Positions 40,565-51,995 are shown, numbered from the stretch's first letter. The stretch is DNA of 64,000 nt from Vitreoscilla sp. (GCA_030150505.1 JASLFS010000043.1:2573-66572); one strand, 5' to 3'. Program-made: numbers and translations. The notes: a model not told the origin generated them from the letters alone.

Positions 40565-41737
40565 ATGATTGAAACAGATTTTTGGTGGTGGTTGTTACCA
40601 TTGGCGCTGCTACCTGTATTTTTTGCGATGGGTTGGTTTGCAGCTCGAGTAGATATGCGAACAGTTTTAAAACAAGCCAAAACTGTTCCCACTGGCTTTT
40701 ATAAAAGTTTAGCAGCTTTGGTTGATAGAAAAACGGATGTAGCAGCTGACGCTTTGAGTGAAGTTTTGCGACAAGAGCCTCATTCTTATGAATTGCATTT
40801 AACGTTGGGTAAATTATATCGCCAACGTGGAGAAAATGATAAAGCCATTCGTTTACATCAAGCGCTATTGGCTTCTCCTGATTTGATTGGCGATAAGCGA
40901 GAAGAAGTTCTGTTTGAATTAGGACAGGACTTTCAAACAGCTGGTTTAGTTGATCGAGCTGAAGGTATTTTTAAAGATTTGGTGCAAGGTAATGCAGCAA
41001 AAGTGGCTCGTGAAGAGTTATTAAATATTTATCAGCAGGATCGCGACTGGGAAAAAGCGATTGAAACAGCATCGCATTTAAGCCATGATGAATTAACCTA
41101 TCAATTTGAAATCGCGCAGTTTTATTGTGAATTAGCACAAACTGCTTTGTTTCAATCTAATTTTGAAAAAGCCAAGAATGATGTTTACCAAGCATTAATT
41201 GCCAATAGAAAATGCACACGTGCGAACATGATTTTAGGCGATATCTACTTACAAAATAACGATTTTCAGTCCGCTATTGACGCTTACAGTGCCATTGAAA
41301 AGCAAAATCATGTTTATTTAAGCATGGTTGGCGAAAGATTATTTGATGCTTATGATGGCCTTAATAAAGGCACTGAAGGTTTGGCTGTGCTTGTTGGCTA
41401 CATGAAAACGTTCCCTCAGTTGGATTTGATTGATGTTATCTATGAGAAAGCTTTGTTATTGCAAGGTGAGCAAGAAGCTGCAGAGTTGATTTTAGATTTA
41501 GTGAGAATGAAGCCAGATTTAAAAGGCACATATCGCTTACTCGGCTTGAGAATGTCGGATCTGGATTTAACATGGCGTGCTGATGCAGATATGGTCAGAC
41601 AAGTTGTTGGTCGTTATGCACAAAAAGCATTGGTTTACCGTTGTCGTCATTGCCATTTTAAATCACAAGTTTTTTTCTGGCATTGCCCAGCATGTAACAA
41701 GTGGGAAACATTCACCCCGAACAAAATTGAGGTATAA
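40565..41737 (+). CDS. lapB: Lipopolysaccharide assembly protein B (TPR plus rubredoxin-like zinc finger)
   Basis: N-terminal TM segment, TPR repeats and C-terminal CRHCHF...HCPACNKW metal-binding motif. Confidence 0.88.
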   Translation: MIETDFWWWLLPLALLPVFFAMGWFAARVDMRTVLKQAKTVPTGFYKSLAALVDRKTDVAADALSEVLRQEPHSYELHLTLGKLYRQRGENDKAIRLHQALLASPDLIGDKREEVLFELGQDFQTAGLVDRAEGIFKDLVQGNAAKVAREELLNIYQQDRDWEKAIETASHLSHDELTYQFEIAQFYCELAQTALFQSNFEKAKNDVYQALIANRKCTRANMILGDIYLQNNDFQSAIDAYSAIEKQNHVYLSMVGERLFDAYDGLNKGTEGLAVLVGYMKTFPQLDLIDVIYEKALLLQGEQEAAELILDLVRMKPDLKGTYRLLGLRMSDLDLTWRADADMVRQVVGRYAQKALVYRCRHCHFKSQVFFWHCPACNKWETFTPNKIEV

Positions 41738-41740
41738 ATT

Positions 41741-42478
41741 TTGAATCCTTTAATGTCATCATTCAATCAAAATTACACAACAAGATTGCCCGTTATTGTG
41801 GCTTTAGACTATCCAGATGCTGAAGAAACTTTGGCCTTTGTTCGTCAATTAGATCCAAGCCTCTGCCAATTGAAAATTGGCAAAGAGCTATTTACTGCGA
41901 CAGGCAGACATTTGGTAGAGCAGTTAATTAACCAAGGATTCAAAGTTTTTTTGGATTTGAAATACCATGATATTCCTAATACCGTTGCGCAAGCTTGCAA
42001 AGTGGCAGCGCAAATGGGGGTGTGGATGGTTGATATGCATGCTAGTGGTGGTCGCCGTATGATGGAAGCTGCAGTGGAAGCCATTGCCAATGAAAACAAT
42101 CAACCATTGCTAATTGCCGTTACTGTTTTAACCAGTATGGATCAGCAAGATTTAACGGAGTTAGGCATAACGAAAACAGTGGAAGAGCAAGTATTATCTT
42201 TGGCGAGCTTGGCTAAAAGCTCGGGAATGGATGGCGTGGTTTGCTCAGCGCATGAAGTGGTGCGATTGCGTGAAACCATTGGCCAAGATTTTACATTAGT
42301 AACACCTGGTATTCGTTTAAGCCATAGCGTAGTTGATGATCAACGCCGTATTATGACGCCACAAGAAGCACTGGAAGCTGGTTCTGATTATTTGGTTATG
42401 GGGCGTCCTATCACACAAGCATCAGATCCTATTTCTGTATTGCAGAATGTCAATGATATCGCTTTACAGTTGCCTTAA
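41741..42478 (+). CDS. pyrF: Orotidine-5'-phosphate decarboxylase
   Basis: [19 protein letters not shown] and MGRPI motifs. The start is either TTG at 41741 or ATG at 41753. Confidence 0.92.
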   Translation: MNPLMSSFNQNYTTRLPVIVALDYPDAEETLAFVRQLDPSLCQLKIGKELFTATGRHLVEQLINQGFKVFLDLKYHDIPNTVAQACKVAAQMGVWMVDMHASGGRRMMEAAVEAIANENNQPLLIAVTVLTSMDQQDLTELGITKTVEEQVLSLASLAKSSGMDGVVCSAHEVVRLRETIGQDFTLVTPGIRLSHSVVDDQRRIMTPQEALEAGSDYLVMGRPITQASDPISVLQNVNDIALQLP

Positions 42479-42501
42479 ATTTTAATTTAAAAGGATGTGT
42501 A

Positions 42502-43467
42502 ATGAGTTTATTACAATCATTAGCACTTACCGAAGAAGCATTTAAAAAACAAATTTCAGCAGCAAAAGTTTTGGTTGTTGGTGATGTAATGCTAGACCGA
42601 TATTGGTTCGGGGATACGCATCGCATTTCTCCCGAAGCGCCTGTTCCTGTTGCTAAGATTGAGAAAATTGAGCAAAGAGCTGGTGGTGCCGCCAATGTGG
42701 CTCGCAATATAGCCAGTTTAGGTGGGCAAGTTGGTTTGTTGGCTATTACCGGCACAGATGAAGCGGCTGATAGTTTGGCAAAAATGATGTCTGATATCGG
42801 TGTGGCTTATCATGGCATTCAAGATGCTAAAGTAGCAACGACCATTAAATTGCGGGTTATGGCACGTAATCAACAATTGATTCGTTTGGATTTTGAAGAT
42901 TTTCCGCAAGAAGCAGCTTTGCAAGAATTGTTGGAACAATTCAAAGTTTTGCAAAATGAATATGATGCCATTATTTTATCGGATTATGGCAAGGGTTGCT
43001 TGAAGTATATCCAGCAACTGATTGATTTAGCAGGTGAGCAAAATAAACTGGTTTTGATTGACCCTAAAGGCAGTGATTATCAGAAGTACGAAGGGGCGAC
43101 AATGATTACGCCTAATCGTGCAGAATTGAAACAAGTTGTTGGGCAGTGGGTAGATGAAGATGACTTGGAAAATAAAGTACAAATGCTGCGTCAAAAATTG
43201 GCTTTAAATGCAGTTTTACTGACACGAAGTGAAGAAGGCATGAGTTTATACGGGCATCAAAATGTTCATCATCAGCCAACTCATGCGCAAGAGGTTTATG
43301 ATGTTTCAGGCGCTGGCGATACGGTAATAGCCAGTATGGCACTTTGCTTGGCTGCTGGCTTTAGTGCAGAAGAAGCCATGACGTTTGCCAATATCGCAGC
43401 AGGTGTGGTCGTGGCGAAACTGGGTACGGCTGTTTGTACACAACAAGAATTATTAGATGCTGAATAG
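42502..43467 (+). CDS. hldA: D-glycero-beta-D-manno-heptose-7-phosphate kinase (stand-alone HldE domain I)
   Basis: pfkB/ribokinase fold (VLVVGDVMLDRYW, DVSGAGDTV). At 321 aa it lacks the C-terminal adenylyltransferase domain of bifunctional HldE. Confidence 0.87.
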   Translation: MSLLQSLALTEEAFKKQISAAKVLVVGDVMLDRYWFGDTHRISPEAPVPVAKIEKIEQRAGGAANVARNIASLGGQVGLLAITGTDEAADSLAKMMSDIGVAYHGIQDAKVATTIKLRVMARNQQLIRLDFEDFPQEAALQELLEQFKVLQNEYDAIILSDYGKGCLKYIQQLIDLAGEQNKLVLIDPKGSDYQKYEGATMITPNRAELKQVVGQWVDEDDLENKVQMLRQKLALNAVLLTRSEEGMSLYGHQNVHHQPTHAQEVYDVSGAGDTVIASMALCLAAGFSAEEAMTFANIAAGVVVAKLGTAVCTQQELLDAE

Positions 43468-43485
43468 CATAGTTAGGAAATTATC

Positions 43486-44484
43486 ATGAGCATTGTCGTA
43501 ACAGGTGCTGCAGGTTTTATTGGTAGTAATATCGTTGCTGCATTAAATGAACGTGGTATTACAGATATTATTGCTGTTGATAATTTATCAAGTGGCGATA
43601 AGTTTAAAAATTTAGTGAATGCTGAGATTGAGCATTACTTAGATAAACATGAGTTTATTGAGTTAGTTAATAACCATGCATTGCCGTTTGGCTCAATTGA
43701 AGCTGTTTTTCATCAAGGCGCATGTTCAGATACCATGAATCATGATGGTCATTACATGATGAATAACAACTACCAATATACTTTAGATTTATTTGACTGG
43801 TGCCAAGATAAAAGAATTCCATTTTATTATGCCTCAAGTGCTGCAGTATATGGTAAAGGTGAAGTATTTGAAGAGAAAAGAGAGTTAGAGCAGCCATTAA
43901 ATGTTTATGGTTATTCTAAATTCTTGTTTGACCAAGTGCTTCGTCGTCGGATGAATGAAGGTTTGCGTTCTCCTGTGGCTGGTTTTAGATACTTTAATGT
44001 TTATGGCTACCATGAGCAACATAAAGGTCGTATGGCATCTGTGCCTTATCATCATTTTAATCAATACCGCGAACGTGGTTATGTTGAATTGTTTGGTGAA
44101 TATGCAGGTTATGGTAATGGTGAGCAACGTCGTGATTTTATTAGCGTTGAAGACATTGTTAAAGTGAATTTATTCTTCTTTGACAATCCTGAGTTGTCAG
44201 GGATTTTCAACTTAGGTACTGGACGCAGCCAAACATTTAACGAACTGGCTGCTGCGACTGTGAATGCTTGCCGTCATGCAGATAACTTGCCTGAATTAAG
44301 CTTAGCTGAGTTGGTTAAAGAGAATTTGATTCGTTATATTGACTTCCCAGATAGCTTAAAAGGCAAATACCAAAGCTTTACAGAAGCCAATATTCAGTCA
44401 TTAAGAGATGTTGGTTACGATGCTGATTTTTTCAGTGTTCAAGAAGGTGTGAGCCGTTATATTCAAGATTTATTAGCTGAATAA
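43486..44484 (+). CDS. hldD: ADP-L-glycero-D-manno-heptose 6-epimerase
   Basis: GAAGFIGSN Rossmann motif, YGYSK catalytic motif and overall RfaD collinearity. Confidence 0.93.
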   Translation: MSIVVTGAAGFIGSNIVAALNERGITDIIAVDNLSSGDKFKNLVNAEIEHYLDKHEFIELVNNHALPFGSIEAVFHQGACSDTMNHDGHYMMNNNYQYTLDLFDWCQDKRIPFYYASSAAVYGKGEVFEEKRELEQPLNVYGYSKFLFDQVLRRRMNEGLRSPVAGFRYFNVYGYHEQHKGRMASVPYHHFNQYRERGYVELFGEYAGYGNGEQRRDFISVEDIVKVNLFFFDNPELSGIFNLGTGRSQTFNELAAATVNACRHADNLPELSLAELVKENLIRYIDFPDSLKGKYQSFTEANIQSLRDVGYDADFFSVQEGVSRYIQDLLAE

Positions 44485-44733
44485 TAAATACCTATCTAGC
44501 CTAAGGTTATTGTTTTTGAAAAGAAATAAGCAATAAACTTGGGCTTTTCATTTGTCTTTTGACTCACGTAAGCATTTTTTACAAAATTAAAGTATTTTTT
44601 CTGTATTTCAAGAGCTGTTTTTCTCGAAATAAGTTTTGAGCTGATTTATGGGGTGATGTCCGTATTCACCATTGGCGAGCTTACTTGTTTCAGGTATTAA
44701 TGAAAAAATACAATGACAAAGTAATTTTTGGAA

Positions 44734-45621
44734 ATGAAATTGAATCGATATGCCACATATGTTGGCCTGAGTGCTATTTTTTTATGGGCCAGCATTGTAG
44801 GGCTTATTCGTACTGTTACTGAGGAAATGGGAGCGGTGGCTGGGGCTGCGAGTATTTATAGCTTAGGTGCTGTTTTGTTGTTGATTATTTTTGGTATTCC
44901 AAGAATTCAGCAATGTTCTAAGCCATATTTGTTCTGGTCAAGTTTGTTATTTGTCAGTTATGAAATATGCCTTTCCTTATCAGTGGGTTATGCCAGTGAC
45001 GCTAAAGAAGCCATTGAAGTCAGTATGTTGAATTACCTTTGGCCGAGTTTAACCATCGCTTTTTCTGTTATTTTCAATAAACAATTGGCTAAAAAATGGC
45101 TTTGGTTAGGATTATTTATTTCATTTTTAGGAATGATTTGGGTGTTAGGGGCGGAAACTGGGCTCAATTGGCACCACATGATGGGTAATGTATTAAAAAA
45201 TCCAATTAGTTATATTTTGGCATTGTTGGGTGCTGTTATTTGGGCAGTTTATTGCACAATTACGGTACGGTATGCTGAAGGCCAAAATTTAGTAACTTGG
45301 TTTTTTGCCTTAACAGCATTGGCATTGTGGTTGCAATTTTATTTAGTAGATAGTGCCGTTTTTGTGATGCCAAAGGTTGTTATTTGGCCATTGTTAATGG
45401 CTTCTGCTGCCATGGCGCTGGGATACGGTGCATGGAATTTTGGTATCTTATATGGGAATGTAACCATTTTAGCCTGTGCTTCTTATTTTATTCCTGTTTT
45501 GTCAGCAGCTTTGGCTTCATGGTATCTGGACACAGCATTGAGTATAGGCTTTTGGCAGGGCGTGGCTATGATTTGTTTTGGGTCGTTAATTTGCTGGTTT
45601 GCTACTAGAAATAATGCATAG
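44734..45621 (+). CDS. EamA/DMT-family transporter
   Basis: Ten predicted TM segments in two EamA-like halves. The ATG at 44734 is preferred over the TTG at 44728. Confidence 0.8.
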   Translation: MKLNRYATYVGLSAIFLWASIVGLIRTVTEEMGAVAGAASIYSLGAVLLLIIFGIPRIQQCSKPYLFWSSLLFVSYEICLSLSVGYASDAKEAIEVSMLNYLWPSLTIAFSVIFNKQLAKKWLWLGLFISFLGMIWVLGAETGLNWHHMMGNVLKNPISYILALLGAVIWAVYCTITVRYAEGQNLVTWFFALTALALWLQFYLVDSAVFVMPKVVIWPLLMASAAMALGYGAWNFGILYGNVTILACASYFIPVLSAALASWYLDTALSIGFWQGVAMICFGSLICWFATRNNA

Positions 45622-45856
45622 ATATTAATGTATTACGCTGTGTAATAGCACCTTTTTTATGGTGGTTTTATATCGGCTAGTTTGGCTAATAAGATATACG
45701 GCAACATGGTTTTGTGGTATGTTTCTTAAACTTTTCCATCATTGTTCAGGTATTACTTTGCAATAATATGCGGCATGATTTATGTGCTGATGGTTAATTA
45801 TAGTGTGTACTGTTTTTTTATCATTGAATCAGTCTTTGACTGAGTAGGAGTTGTTT

Positions 45857-47242
45857 GTGAGTTCGTTTGCATCACTGGGTTTATCAACAGAGATTGTTTC
45901 TGCATTGCAAGAGCAAGGTTATGAAAAGCCGACTCCTATTCAAGAAGCCGCTATTCCAAAAGCATTGGCTGGTCATGATATCTTAGCAGCAGCCCAAACA
46001 GGAACAGGTAAGACAGCAGCCTTTATGCTGCCGAGTTTGGAACGCTTAAAGCATTTTGCGACAACAAGCACATCACCTGCGATGCATCCTGTGCGGATGT
46101 TGGTTTTAACACCGACTCGAGAGCTAGCTGATCAGATTGATCAGAATGTTAAGAGTTATATTAAAAATTTAAGTTTGCGCCATACTGTTATTTTTGGTGG
46201 CACAAATATGAATGATCAATCTCAAATCTTAAGAAGCGGGGTTGAAATTGTAGTGGCAACTGTTGGGCGTTTGCTTGATCATGTCGAGCAAAAAAACATT
46301 CACTTAAATAAAGTGGATATTTTGGTATTAGATGAAGCTGACCGAATGCTTGATATGGGCTTTATTGATGATATTCGCCGTATTGTGAAGTTGTTACCAG
46401 CAGAACGTCAGATTCTATTATTTTCTGCGACTTTTGCGCCAGAAATTAAAAAGCTAGCCAATGATTTTATGCGCAACCCTGTAACTGTTGAAGTTGCTCA
46501 GCAAAATGCTACAGGTAAAAACATTGAACAGCATATGATTGCTGTTGATGCTTATCGTAAAAAAGCGTTATTAGAACGTTTAATTCTTGATTTGAACATG
46601 CAGCAAGTGATTGTTTTTTGTAAAACAAAAATGAGCGTTGATCAAGTTACCCGAGATTTGCAACGTAAAAAAATATCGGCTCAAGCCATTCATGGCGATA
46701 AATCACAATCACAACGTTTGGAAACTTTAACAGCATTTAAGGCTGGAGAAGTGAGGGTGTTAGTCGCAACTGATGTTGCCGCTCGTGGTTTGGATATCAC
46801 CGATTTACCTTTTGTTATCAATTATGAATTACCTAACAATGCTGAAGATTATGTGCATCGTATTGGTCGTACAGGGCGAGCGGGTGCAGAAGGTATTGCT
46901 TTGTCTATGATGGATGAAGACGAACAGAAGATTTACGATGATATTTGCCAGTTAATCAAACAAAAATTAGACATTGAAAAAATAGAAGGCTTTGAGCCTC
47001 GTTGGATGGATAAAGGTAAGGGCAACCAAAAGAACCAGGTTGCTGCTGCACAAAAAACCATGACAACACGAGCGCAATATAAAAATAAGAAACAAGCTAA
47101 TGAAAAAAACACATTGGATGAAGCATTAACCCATTGTGGAAAAATTACTGGGCGTGTTCGTCGTAGAAATCACAAGGAAGTGTGTGCATTGTTATTGCCT
47201 AATTATGGTCAAACAGCTGCGAGTGTTAAGACGAAAGCTTAA
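45857..47242 (+). CDS. rhlE: ATP-dependent DEAD-box RNA helicase (RhlE-like)
   Basis: Q-motif, AQTGTGKT, DEAD, SAT and HRIGRTGRAG motifs, with a basic C-terminal tail. The GTG at 45857 lies 6 nt after AGGAG (45846-45850), giving the typical MSSFASLGL N-terminus. Confidence 0.9.
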   Translation: MSSFASLGLSTEIVSALQEQGYEKPTPIQEAAIPKALAGHDILAAAQTGTGKTAAFMLPSLERLKHFATTSTSPAMHPVRMLVLTPTRELADQIDQNVKSYIKNLSLRHTVIFGGTNMNDQSQILRSGVEIVVATVGRLLDHVEQKNIHLNKVDILVLDEADRMLDMGFIDDIRRIVKLLPAERQILLFSATFAPEIKKLANDFMRNPVTVEVAQQNATGKNIEQHMIAVDAYRKKALLERLILDLNMQQVIVFCKTKMSVDQVTRDLQRKKISAQAIHGDKSQSQRLETLTAFKAGEVRVLVATDVAARGLDITDLPFVINYELPNNAEDYVHRIGRTGRAGAEGIALSMMDEDEQKIYDDICQLIKQKLDIEKIEGFEPRWMDKGKGNQKNQVAAAQKTMTTRAQYKNKKQANEKNTLDEALTHCGKITGRVRRRNHKEVCALLLPNYGQTAASVKTKA

Positions 47243-47244
47243 GC

Positions 47245-48012
47245 ATGCGCAAGAATGATACGCCCACATTAAAAGCTTTTGGTATTTTGGAGCATTTGGC
47301 ACAAGCAGATAGGGCGTTAACGCTTACTGAAATAGCCAATGATTTGGATAGTCCAAAAGCTACTATTCATCGAATGTTAGCCTCCTTGGAACAAGGGGGA
47401 TTGATTATTCGAGATGCTGGTGTGAAGCATGCATATACCATTGGTCCTCGTTTGAACCGTTTGAGTACCACTGTGTTAAATCATTCTGGTATTCAGCGTG
47501 TTCGTCATGCTATTTTGAAGTCATTGGTTGCCGATATTCAACAAACGTGTAATTTAACCATGTTGGTTAAATCTGAAGTTTTGTATTTGGATCGAATGGA
47601 AGCGCCATCTCCTTTGAGATTGGATTTGCAGCCTGGTACGACAGTGCCTGCGCATGGTTGTGCTAGCGGTAAGTTGTTTTTGGCTAGGTTGCAAAAAGAA
47701 AAGCGAGATGCATTATTGGCTCAGAGCCAACTAAATGCTTTAACGCCCAATACTTTAACTGATTTAGCTGAGTTAGAACGTGAATTAGAGCGCATTCAAG
47801 TTCGAAATATCAGTATTGATAATGAAGAATTCGTACTTGGCATTACTTGTATTGCTGTGCCGATAGAAGACAGCAATGGAAATTGTATTGCCGCTATTGC
47901 AATGCATGGGCAAGTTGCTGCAACACCATTGCCTGTATCTTTATCATATGTGCCACGCTTGCAAGAAGCGGCGCGAGAATTGGCTAAAACATTTATACCA
48001 GATGTTGAGTAA
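47245..48012 (+). CDS. IclR-family transcriptional regulator
   Basis: N-terminal wHTH (LKAFGILEHLAQADRALTLTEIANDLDSPKATIHRMLASL) and a C-terminal IclR effector domain. It starts 2 nt after the rhlE stop. Confidence 0.85.
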   Translation: MRKNDTPTLKAFGILEHLAQADRALTLTEIANDLDSPKATIHRMLASLEQGGLIIRDAGVKHAYTIGPRLNRLSTTVLNHSGIQRVRHAILKSLVADIQQTCNLTMLVKSEVLYLDRMEAPSPLRLDLQPGTTVPAHGCASGKLFLARLQKEKRDALLAQSQLNALTPNTLTDLAELERELERIQVRNISIDNEEFVLGITCIAVPIEDSNGNCIAAIAMHGQVAATPLPVSLSYVPRLQEAARELAKTFIPDVE

Positions 48013-48862
48013 TCTCTCTAAGGGTTTTTAGAGTTGGATCAAGTTCTAATTCCATGTGGTAAATAAATTGAACAGGTAAAGATAGTTTATATTCTGGTAG
48101 TAAATCAATTTTAAAGCCAGCTTGCTGCGCATCTATTGCATTTTTCTTTGGTACCAATGCTAACCCTGCCTTTTCTGAAACCAAGGCTATTAATGTGTTT
48201 AAATGGTCACATTGCATGGTGATGTTTGGCTTAATGCGGCATTTGTGAAAAAAGTTTTGAGTGGCTTTGCTATTTGACGTAAATGCAGACATATCTAGCC
48301 ATGGCTTGCTGCTTAATGTTTTGGTATCAATGAGTTCTTTTGACCAAGATTGTGGCGAGATTAAGCAGTATTCTTGTTCTCCAATATGATGTGAAAAAAC
48401 ATTTCGATAGGGTACTTCTCCAATATATATACCCGCAAGCAATTCTTTTTTTCGGACTTGATTGAGAATATTGCCACCAATATCATTCAATATTTGAATG
48501 TAGATATGCGGTAAAGCTTGTTGCAATTGATATGCCGCTTGGCTTAATAACGTTGAATTAACTGAACTGGTAGTGCCTAATACAATGGGTAGTTTTTCTT
48601 CTTTTGCTAAGTTTTGGGCGAATACATTCACACTGTGAATTTCTTGTAGCAGTTTCTCGGCTTTCGGGAGAAAATTTTTCCCCGCCAATGTTAGTTGCAT
48701 CCCTTGTGCATTGCGTGCAAATAATTCTAAATTTAAGCTTTTTTCTAGCGATTTAATTTTGGCGGTAACCGCAGGCTGCGATAAATGCAGTGTTTCGGAT
48801 GCTTGGGTTAGGTGTCCGTAATGAGCCACGGTTACGAATGTTTTTAATTGGCTAAAATCCAA
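47993..48862 (-). CDS. LysR-family transcriptional regulator
   Basis: LysR HTH (FSQLKTFVTVAHYGHLTQASETLHLSQPAVTAKIKSLE). TTG start preceded by AGGAGAG. Its 3' end overlaps the IclR gene by 20 nt. Confidence 0.85.
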   Translation of the reverse strand: MDFSQLKTFVTVAHYGHLTQASETLHLSQPAVTAKIKSLEKSLNLELFARNAQGMQLTLAGKNFLPKAEKLLQEIHSVNVFAQNLAKEEKLPIVLGTTSSVNSTLLSQAAYQLQQALPHIYIQILNDIGGNILNQVRKKELLAGIYIGEVPYRNVFSHHIGEQEYCLISPQSWSKELIDTKTLSSKPWLDMSAFTSNSKATQNFFHKCRIKPNITMQCDHLNTLIALVSEKAGLALVPKKNAIDAQQAGFKIDLLPEYKLSLPVQFIYHMELELDPTLKTLREITQHLV

Positions 48863-49131
48863 AAAACTCTCCTTTGTTGTTCTATATCTCTTTTTTATTT
48901 CACACCATCATATCCATATTTTTATTGATTCTTCAAGGTGGTTTCATTTTTAGTCTTTTATTTTTATGATAATACAGCATATTTTTAATGCTAAATAATT
49001 GTTTTTTATAGAATTTTGCATTGCATCATTAGGTAATTAAATGTTTATCATCAAAAAATAAAATTAGATTATTTGAGTAGATTATTTTTAAATCTAACTT
49101 CAGGAAAGATGAATGCTTGAGGAGAAACGAA

Positions 49132-49362
49132 ATGAACCAAAAAATCATTATTGGGGTATTGAATAATCCCGAGTTTCAAAAAATAACTAAGAAGAGAAAT
49201 CGTTGGGGCTGGTGTTTGTCTGTGATGATGTTTTTTATTTATATTAGTTATGTTTTATATATGACCTTTAGCCCTGAGTCATTTTTTTAGGTTGATATTG
49301 CAAGCATGCTGGTGGCTTTGAGTATCAGCGATGTTTTATTTTCGTTTCTCTGTGTATTTTAA
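49132..49362 (+). pseudogene. Decayed DUF485 (yjcH-like) gene with an in-frame TAG; no actP follows
   Basis: MNQKIIIGVLNNPEFQKITKKRNRWGWCLSVMMFFIYISYVLYMTF resembles the N-terminal half of YjcH/DUF485. An in-frame TAG at 48288-49290 is a typo-free position 49288-49290, followed by 23 more sense codons (a hydrophobic second-TM-like segment), then TAA at 49360-49362. The total is shorter than typical roughly 100-aa family members. Confidence 0.45.
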
Positions 49363-49542
49363 GTCATGTAAGTAAGGTTAATTTATTTGTTTTATTGGTT
49401 GTAAAGCAAAAAAGATAAAGTGAATTTCAGTGTGTTGAGTGGTTGTTGAATGATTGAAAATAAATTTTTTAAGGCAGCCAACCATCAAGAAAATAAATAG
49501 GCAGTTCTAACTGTCAAATAAAATCAATAATAAGGAGAAACA

Positions 49543-51507
49543 ATGTCTGGTATCGAATCAGTATTAAAAGAAAACCGTGTTTTTTACCCAAATGATGCAT
49601 TTAAAGCAAAATCGAATGTGAATGGTATTGAGGCTTATCATGCGTTGTGTGATAAAGCCAATGAGGATTATGAGGGTTTTTGGGGAAACTTAGCAAAAGA
49701 ATATATTGATTGGAAAAAACCATTCACGAAAATATTAGATGAAAGCAATGCACCGTTTTTTAAATGGTTTGAAGATGGGCAATTAAATGTTTCTTATAAC
49801 TGTTTAGATCGGCATTTAGAGCACCAAGGTGAAAAAATTGCGCTGATTTATGAACAAGATGACGGTACAGTAGAAAAGATTACTTATCGGGAATTGCATG
49901 CACGAGTTTGTCAGTTAGCAAATGGATTGAAAGCTTTGGGCGTGCAAAAAGGCGATAGAGTTGTACTGTATATGCCAATGGTTGCGAATGCTGTTGTAGC
50001 AATGCAAGCTTGTGCTCGCTTAGGAGCGATTCATTCAGTGGTTTTTGGTGGCTTTTCAGCTGGTGCAGTTAAGGATCGCATTAAGGATGCGGAAGCTAAA
50101 ATTGTGATTACTGCCAATGAGGGTGTTCGTGGTGGTAAATGCAGTCAGCTGAAATCAGTTGTGGATGAAGCGCTGGAAAGCGGAGAATGCAGCAGCATTG
50201 AGAAAGTCATTGTTTTTGAGAGAACAGACACACCAGTAAATTTGGTTGCAGGACGAGATGTTTTATGGTCAGAAGTAGTGGCAGGACAAAGCAGTGAGTG
50301 TGAGCCTGAATGGGTAAGTGCGGAGCATCCTTTGTTTATTTTGTATACGTCAGGTAGTACAGGAAAACCGAAAGGCGTACAGCACAGTACAGGTGGTTAT
50401 TTGCTGGGTGCAATCATGACTATGAATTGGGTGTTTGATTATCAAGATAGCGATATTTACTGGTGCACTGCTGATGTTGGTTGGATTACTGGGCATACTT
50501 ATATTACTTACGGTCCATTATCTGTTGGTGCAACACAAGTGGTTTTTGAAGGTATCCCTACCTATCCGAATGCTGGACGTTTTTGGCAAATGATTGAAAA
50601 ACACCAAGTTACCACATTTTATACTGCGCCAACTGCAATACGTTCATTGATTAAATTGGGTGCTGATTTGCCACAAAAATATGATTTATCATCTTTGCGG
50701 TTGTTAGGCACTGTTGGAGAACCTATAAATCCAGAAGCTTGGATGTGGTATTACGAAATGGTTGGCCAATCCCGATGCCCAATTGTGGATACATGGTGGC
50801 AAACTGAAACAGGTGCGAATATGATTGCGCCTTTGCCTGGTGCTGTATCGATTAAACCCGGTTCTTGTACCTTGCCAATCCCAGGTGTTATTGCTGATGT
50901 TGTGGATGAATCAGGTACAACAGTTGAACAGGGTAACGGTGGTTTTTTGGTCATTCGCCGACCATTTCCATCACTGCTGCGCACGATTTGGAATGATGAT
51001 GAACGTTTTATTTCAACCTATTTTCCTGCGGAGTTTGATAATAAGTTGTACTTAGCAGGAGATTCGGCTCATCGAGATGAAAATGGTTACATTTGGATTA
51101 TGGGGCGCATGGATGATGTGCTGAATGTTTCTGGACATCGATTGGGAACGATGGAAATTGAATCAGCCTTGGTTGCAAATCCGTTGGTTGCTGAGGCTGC
51201 TGTCGTGGGTAAGCCGCATGATGTAAAAGGTGAGGCAGTTGTGGCTTTTGTGATATTAAAAGATGAGCGACCAGAGGGCGAGGATGCCCAAAGAGTTGCA
51301 GCGGAATTAAAAAGCTGGGTGGCTCATGAGATTGGTAAAATTGCTCAGCCTGATGACATTCGATTTGGTGACAATTTACCCAAAACGCGTTCTGGCAAAA
51401 TTATGCGTCGATTATTAAGGTCATTGGCAAAAGGCGAAGTGATTACTGCTGATATTTCGACTTTAGAAAACCCTCAAGTAATTGATCAGTTGCAAGAAGC
51501 TGTTTGA
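49543..51507 (+). CDS. acs: Acetyl-CoA synthetase
   Basis: 654 aa with [18 protein letters not shown] and the C-terminal [11 protein letters not shown] motif (acetylatable Lys). AAGGAGA RBS. Confidence 0.95.
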   Translation: MSGIESVLKENRVFYPNDAFKAKSNVNGIEAYHALCDKANEDYEGFWGNLAKEYIDWKKPFTKILDESNAPFFKWFEDGQLNVSYNCLDRHLEHQGEKIALIYEQDDGTVEKITYRELHARVCQLANGLKALGVQKGDRVVLYMPMVANAVVAMQACARLGAIHSVVFGGFSAGAVKDRIKDAEAKIVITANEGVRGGKCSQLKSVVDEALESGECSSIEKVIVFERTDTPVNLVAGRDVLWSEVVAGQSSECEPEWVSAEHPLFILYTSGSTGKPKGVQHSTGGYLLGAIMTMNWVFDYQDSDIYWCTADVGWITGHTYITYGPLSVGATQVVFEGIPTYPNAGRFWQMIEKHQVTTFYTAPTAIRSLIKLGADLPQKYDLSSLRLLGTVGEPINPEAWMWYYEMVGQSRCPIVDTWWQTETGANMIAPLPGAVSIKPGSCTLPIPGVIADVVDESGTTVEQGNGGFLVIRRPFPSLLRTIWNDDERFISTYFPAEFDNKLYLAGDSAHRDENGYIWIMGRMDDVLNVSGHRLGTMEIESALVANPLVAEAAVVGKPHDVKGEAVVAFVILKDERPEGEDAQRVAAELKSWVAHEIGKIAQPDDIRFGDNLPKTRSGKIMRRLLRSLAKGEVITADISTLENPQVIDQLQEAV

Positions 51508-51520
51508 TATAGCAGGCAAG

Positions 51521-51547
51521 AAAAAAGCACCGGAAGGTGCTTTTTTA
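51521..51547. terminator. Bidirectional terminator between acs and convergent nusB
   Basis: AAAAAAGCACC / GGTGCTTTTTT stem with loop GGAA. Confidence 0.88.
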
Positions 51548-51559
51548 ATTGTTGTTTAC

Positions 51560-51988
51560 TTAAGCTCGCGGTGGGTCATTTGGGCGTAATTGTGCAGCTA
51601 ATTTATCCAAAATACCATTAACAAACTTATAGCCTTCATTACTACCAAAGGTTTTATTTAGCTCAATTGCTTCATTGATAATCACTGGGTAAGGTGTTTC
51701 TGGCATGCTTTTTAACTCATGCGTTGCCATTAGTAATACCGCTTTTTCAATTGGGCTTACTTCACTTTCATCTCTGTCCAGTAAAGGCAGGATAATCGCC
51801 ATGTATTCTTCTTGATTATTAAAGCTACCATAGAAAGCTTTGGTAAATAAATCTTGGTCTGCTTTTTTGAAAGAATCATTATCTTGAAGATTATTAACAA
51901 TGGTTAGTGCTGTTAAACCGGGATTCATTTGTACTTGGTATAAACCTTGTACAATAAACTCACGCGCACGGCGGCGAGATGTTTTCAT
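51560..51988 (-). CDS. nusB: Transcription antitermination factor NusB
   Basis: The N-terminus RRRAREFIVQGLYQ and ribH-nusB synteny. Confidence 0.92.
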   Translation of the reverse strand: MKTSRRRAREFIVQGLYQVQMNPGLTALTIVNNLQDNDSFKKADQDLFTKAFYGSFNNQEEYMAIILPLLDRDESEVSPIEKAVLLMATHELKSMPETPYPVIINEAIELNKTFGSNEGYKFVNGILDKLAAQLRPNDPPRA

Positions 51989-51995
51989 ATTCTTT

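Noticed and set aside
44683-45757. Short similar words (TGTTTCAGGTATTA / TGTTCAGGTATTA) on both sides of the EamA transporter gene, considered as insertion-site direct repeats
   Set aside because: There are only about 13 nt with an indel and no associated mobility gene or inverted repeats. This is most likely coincidence.
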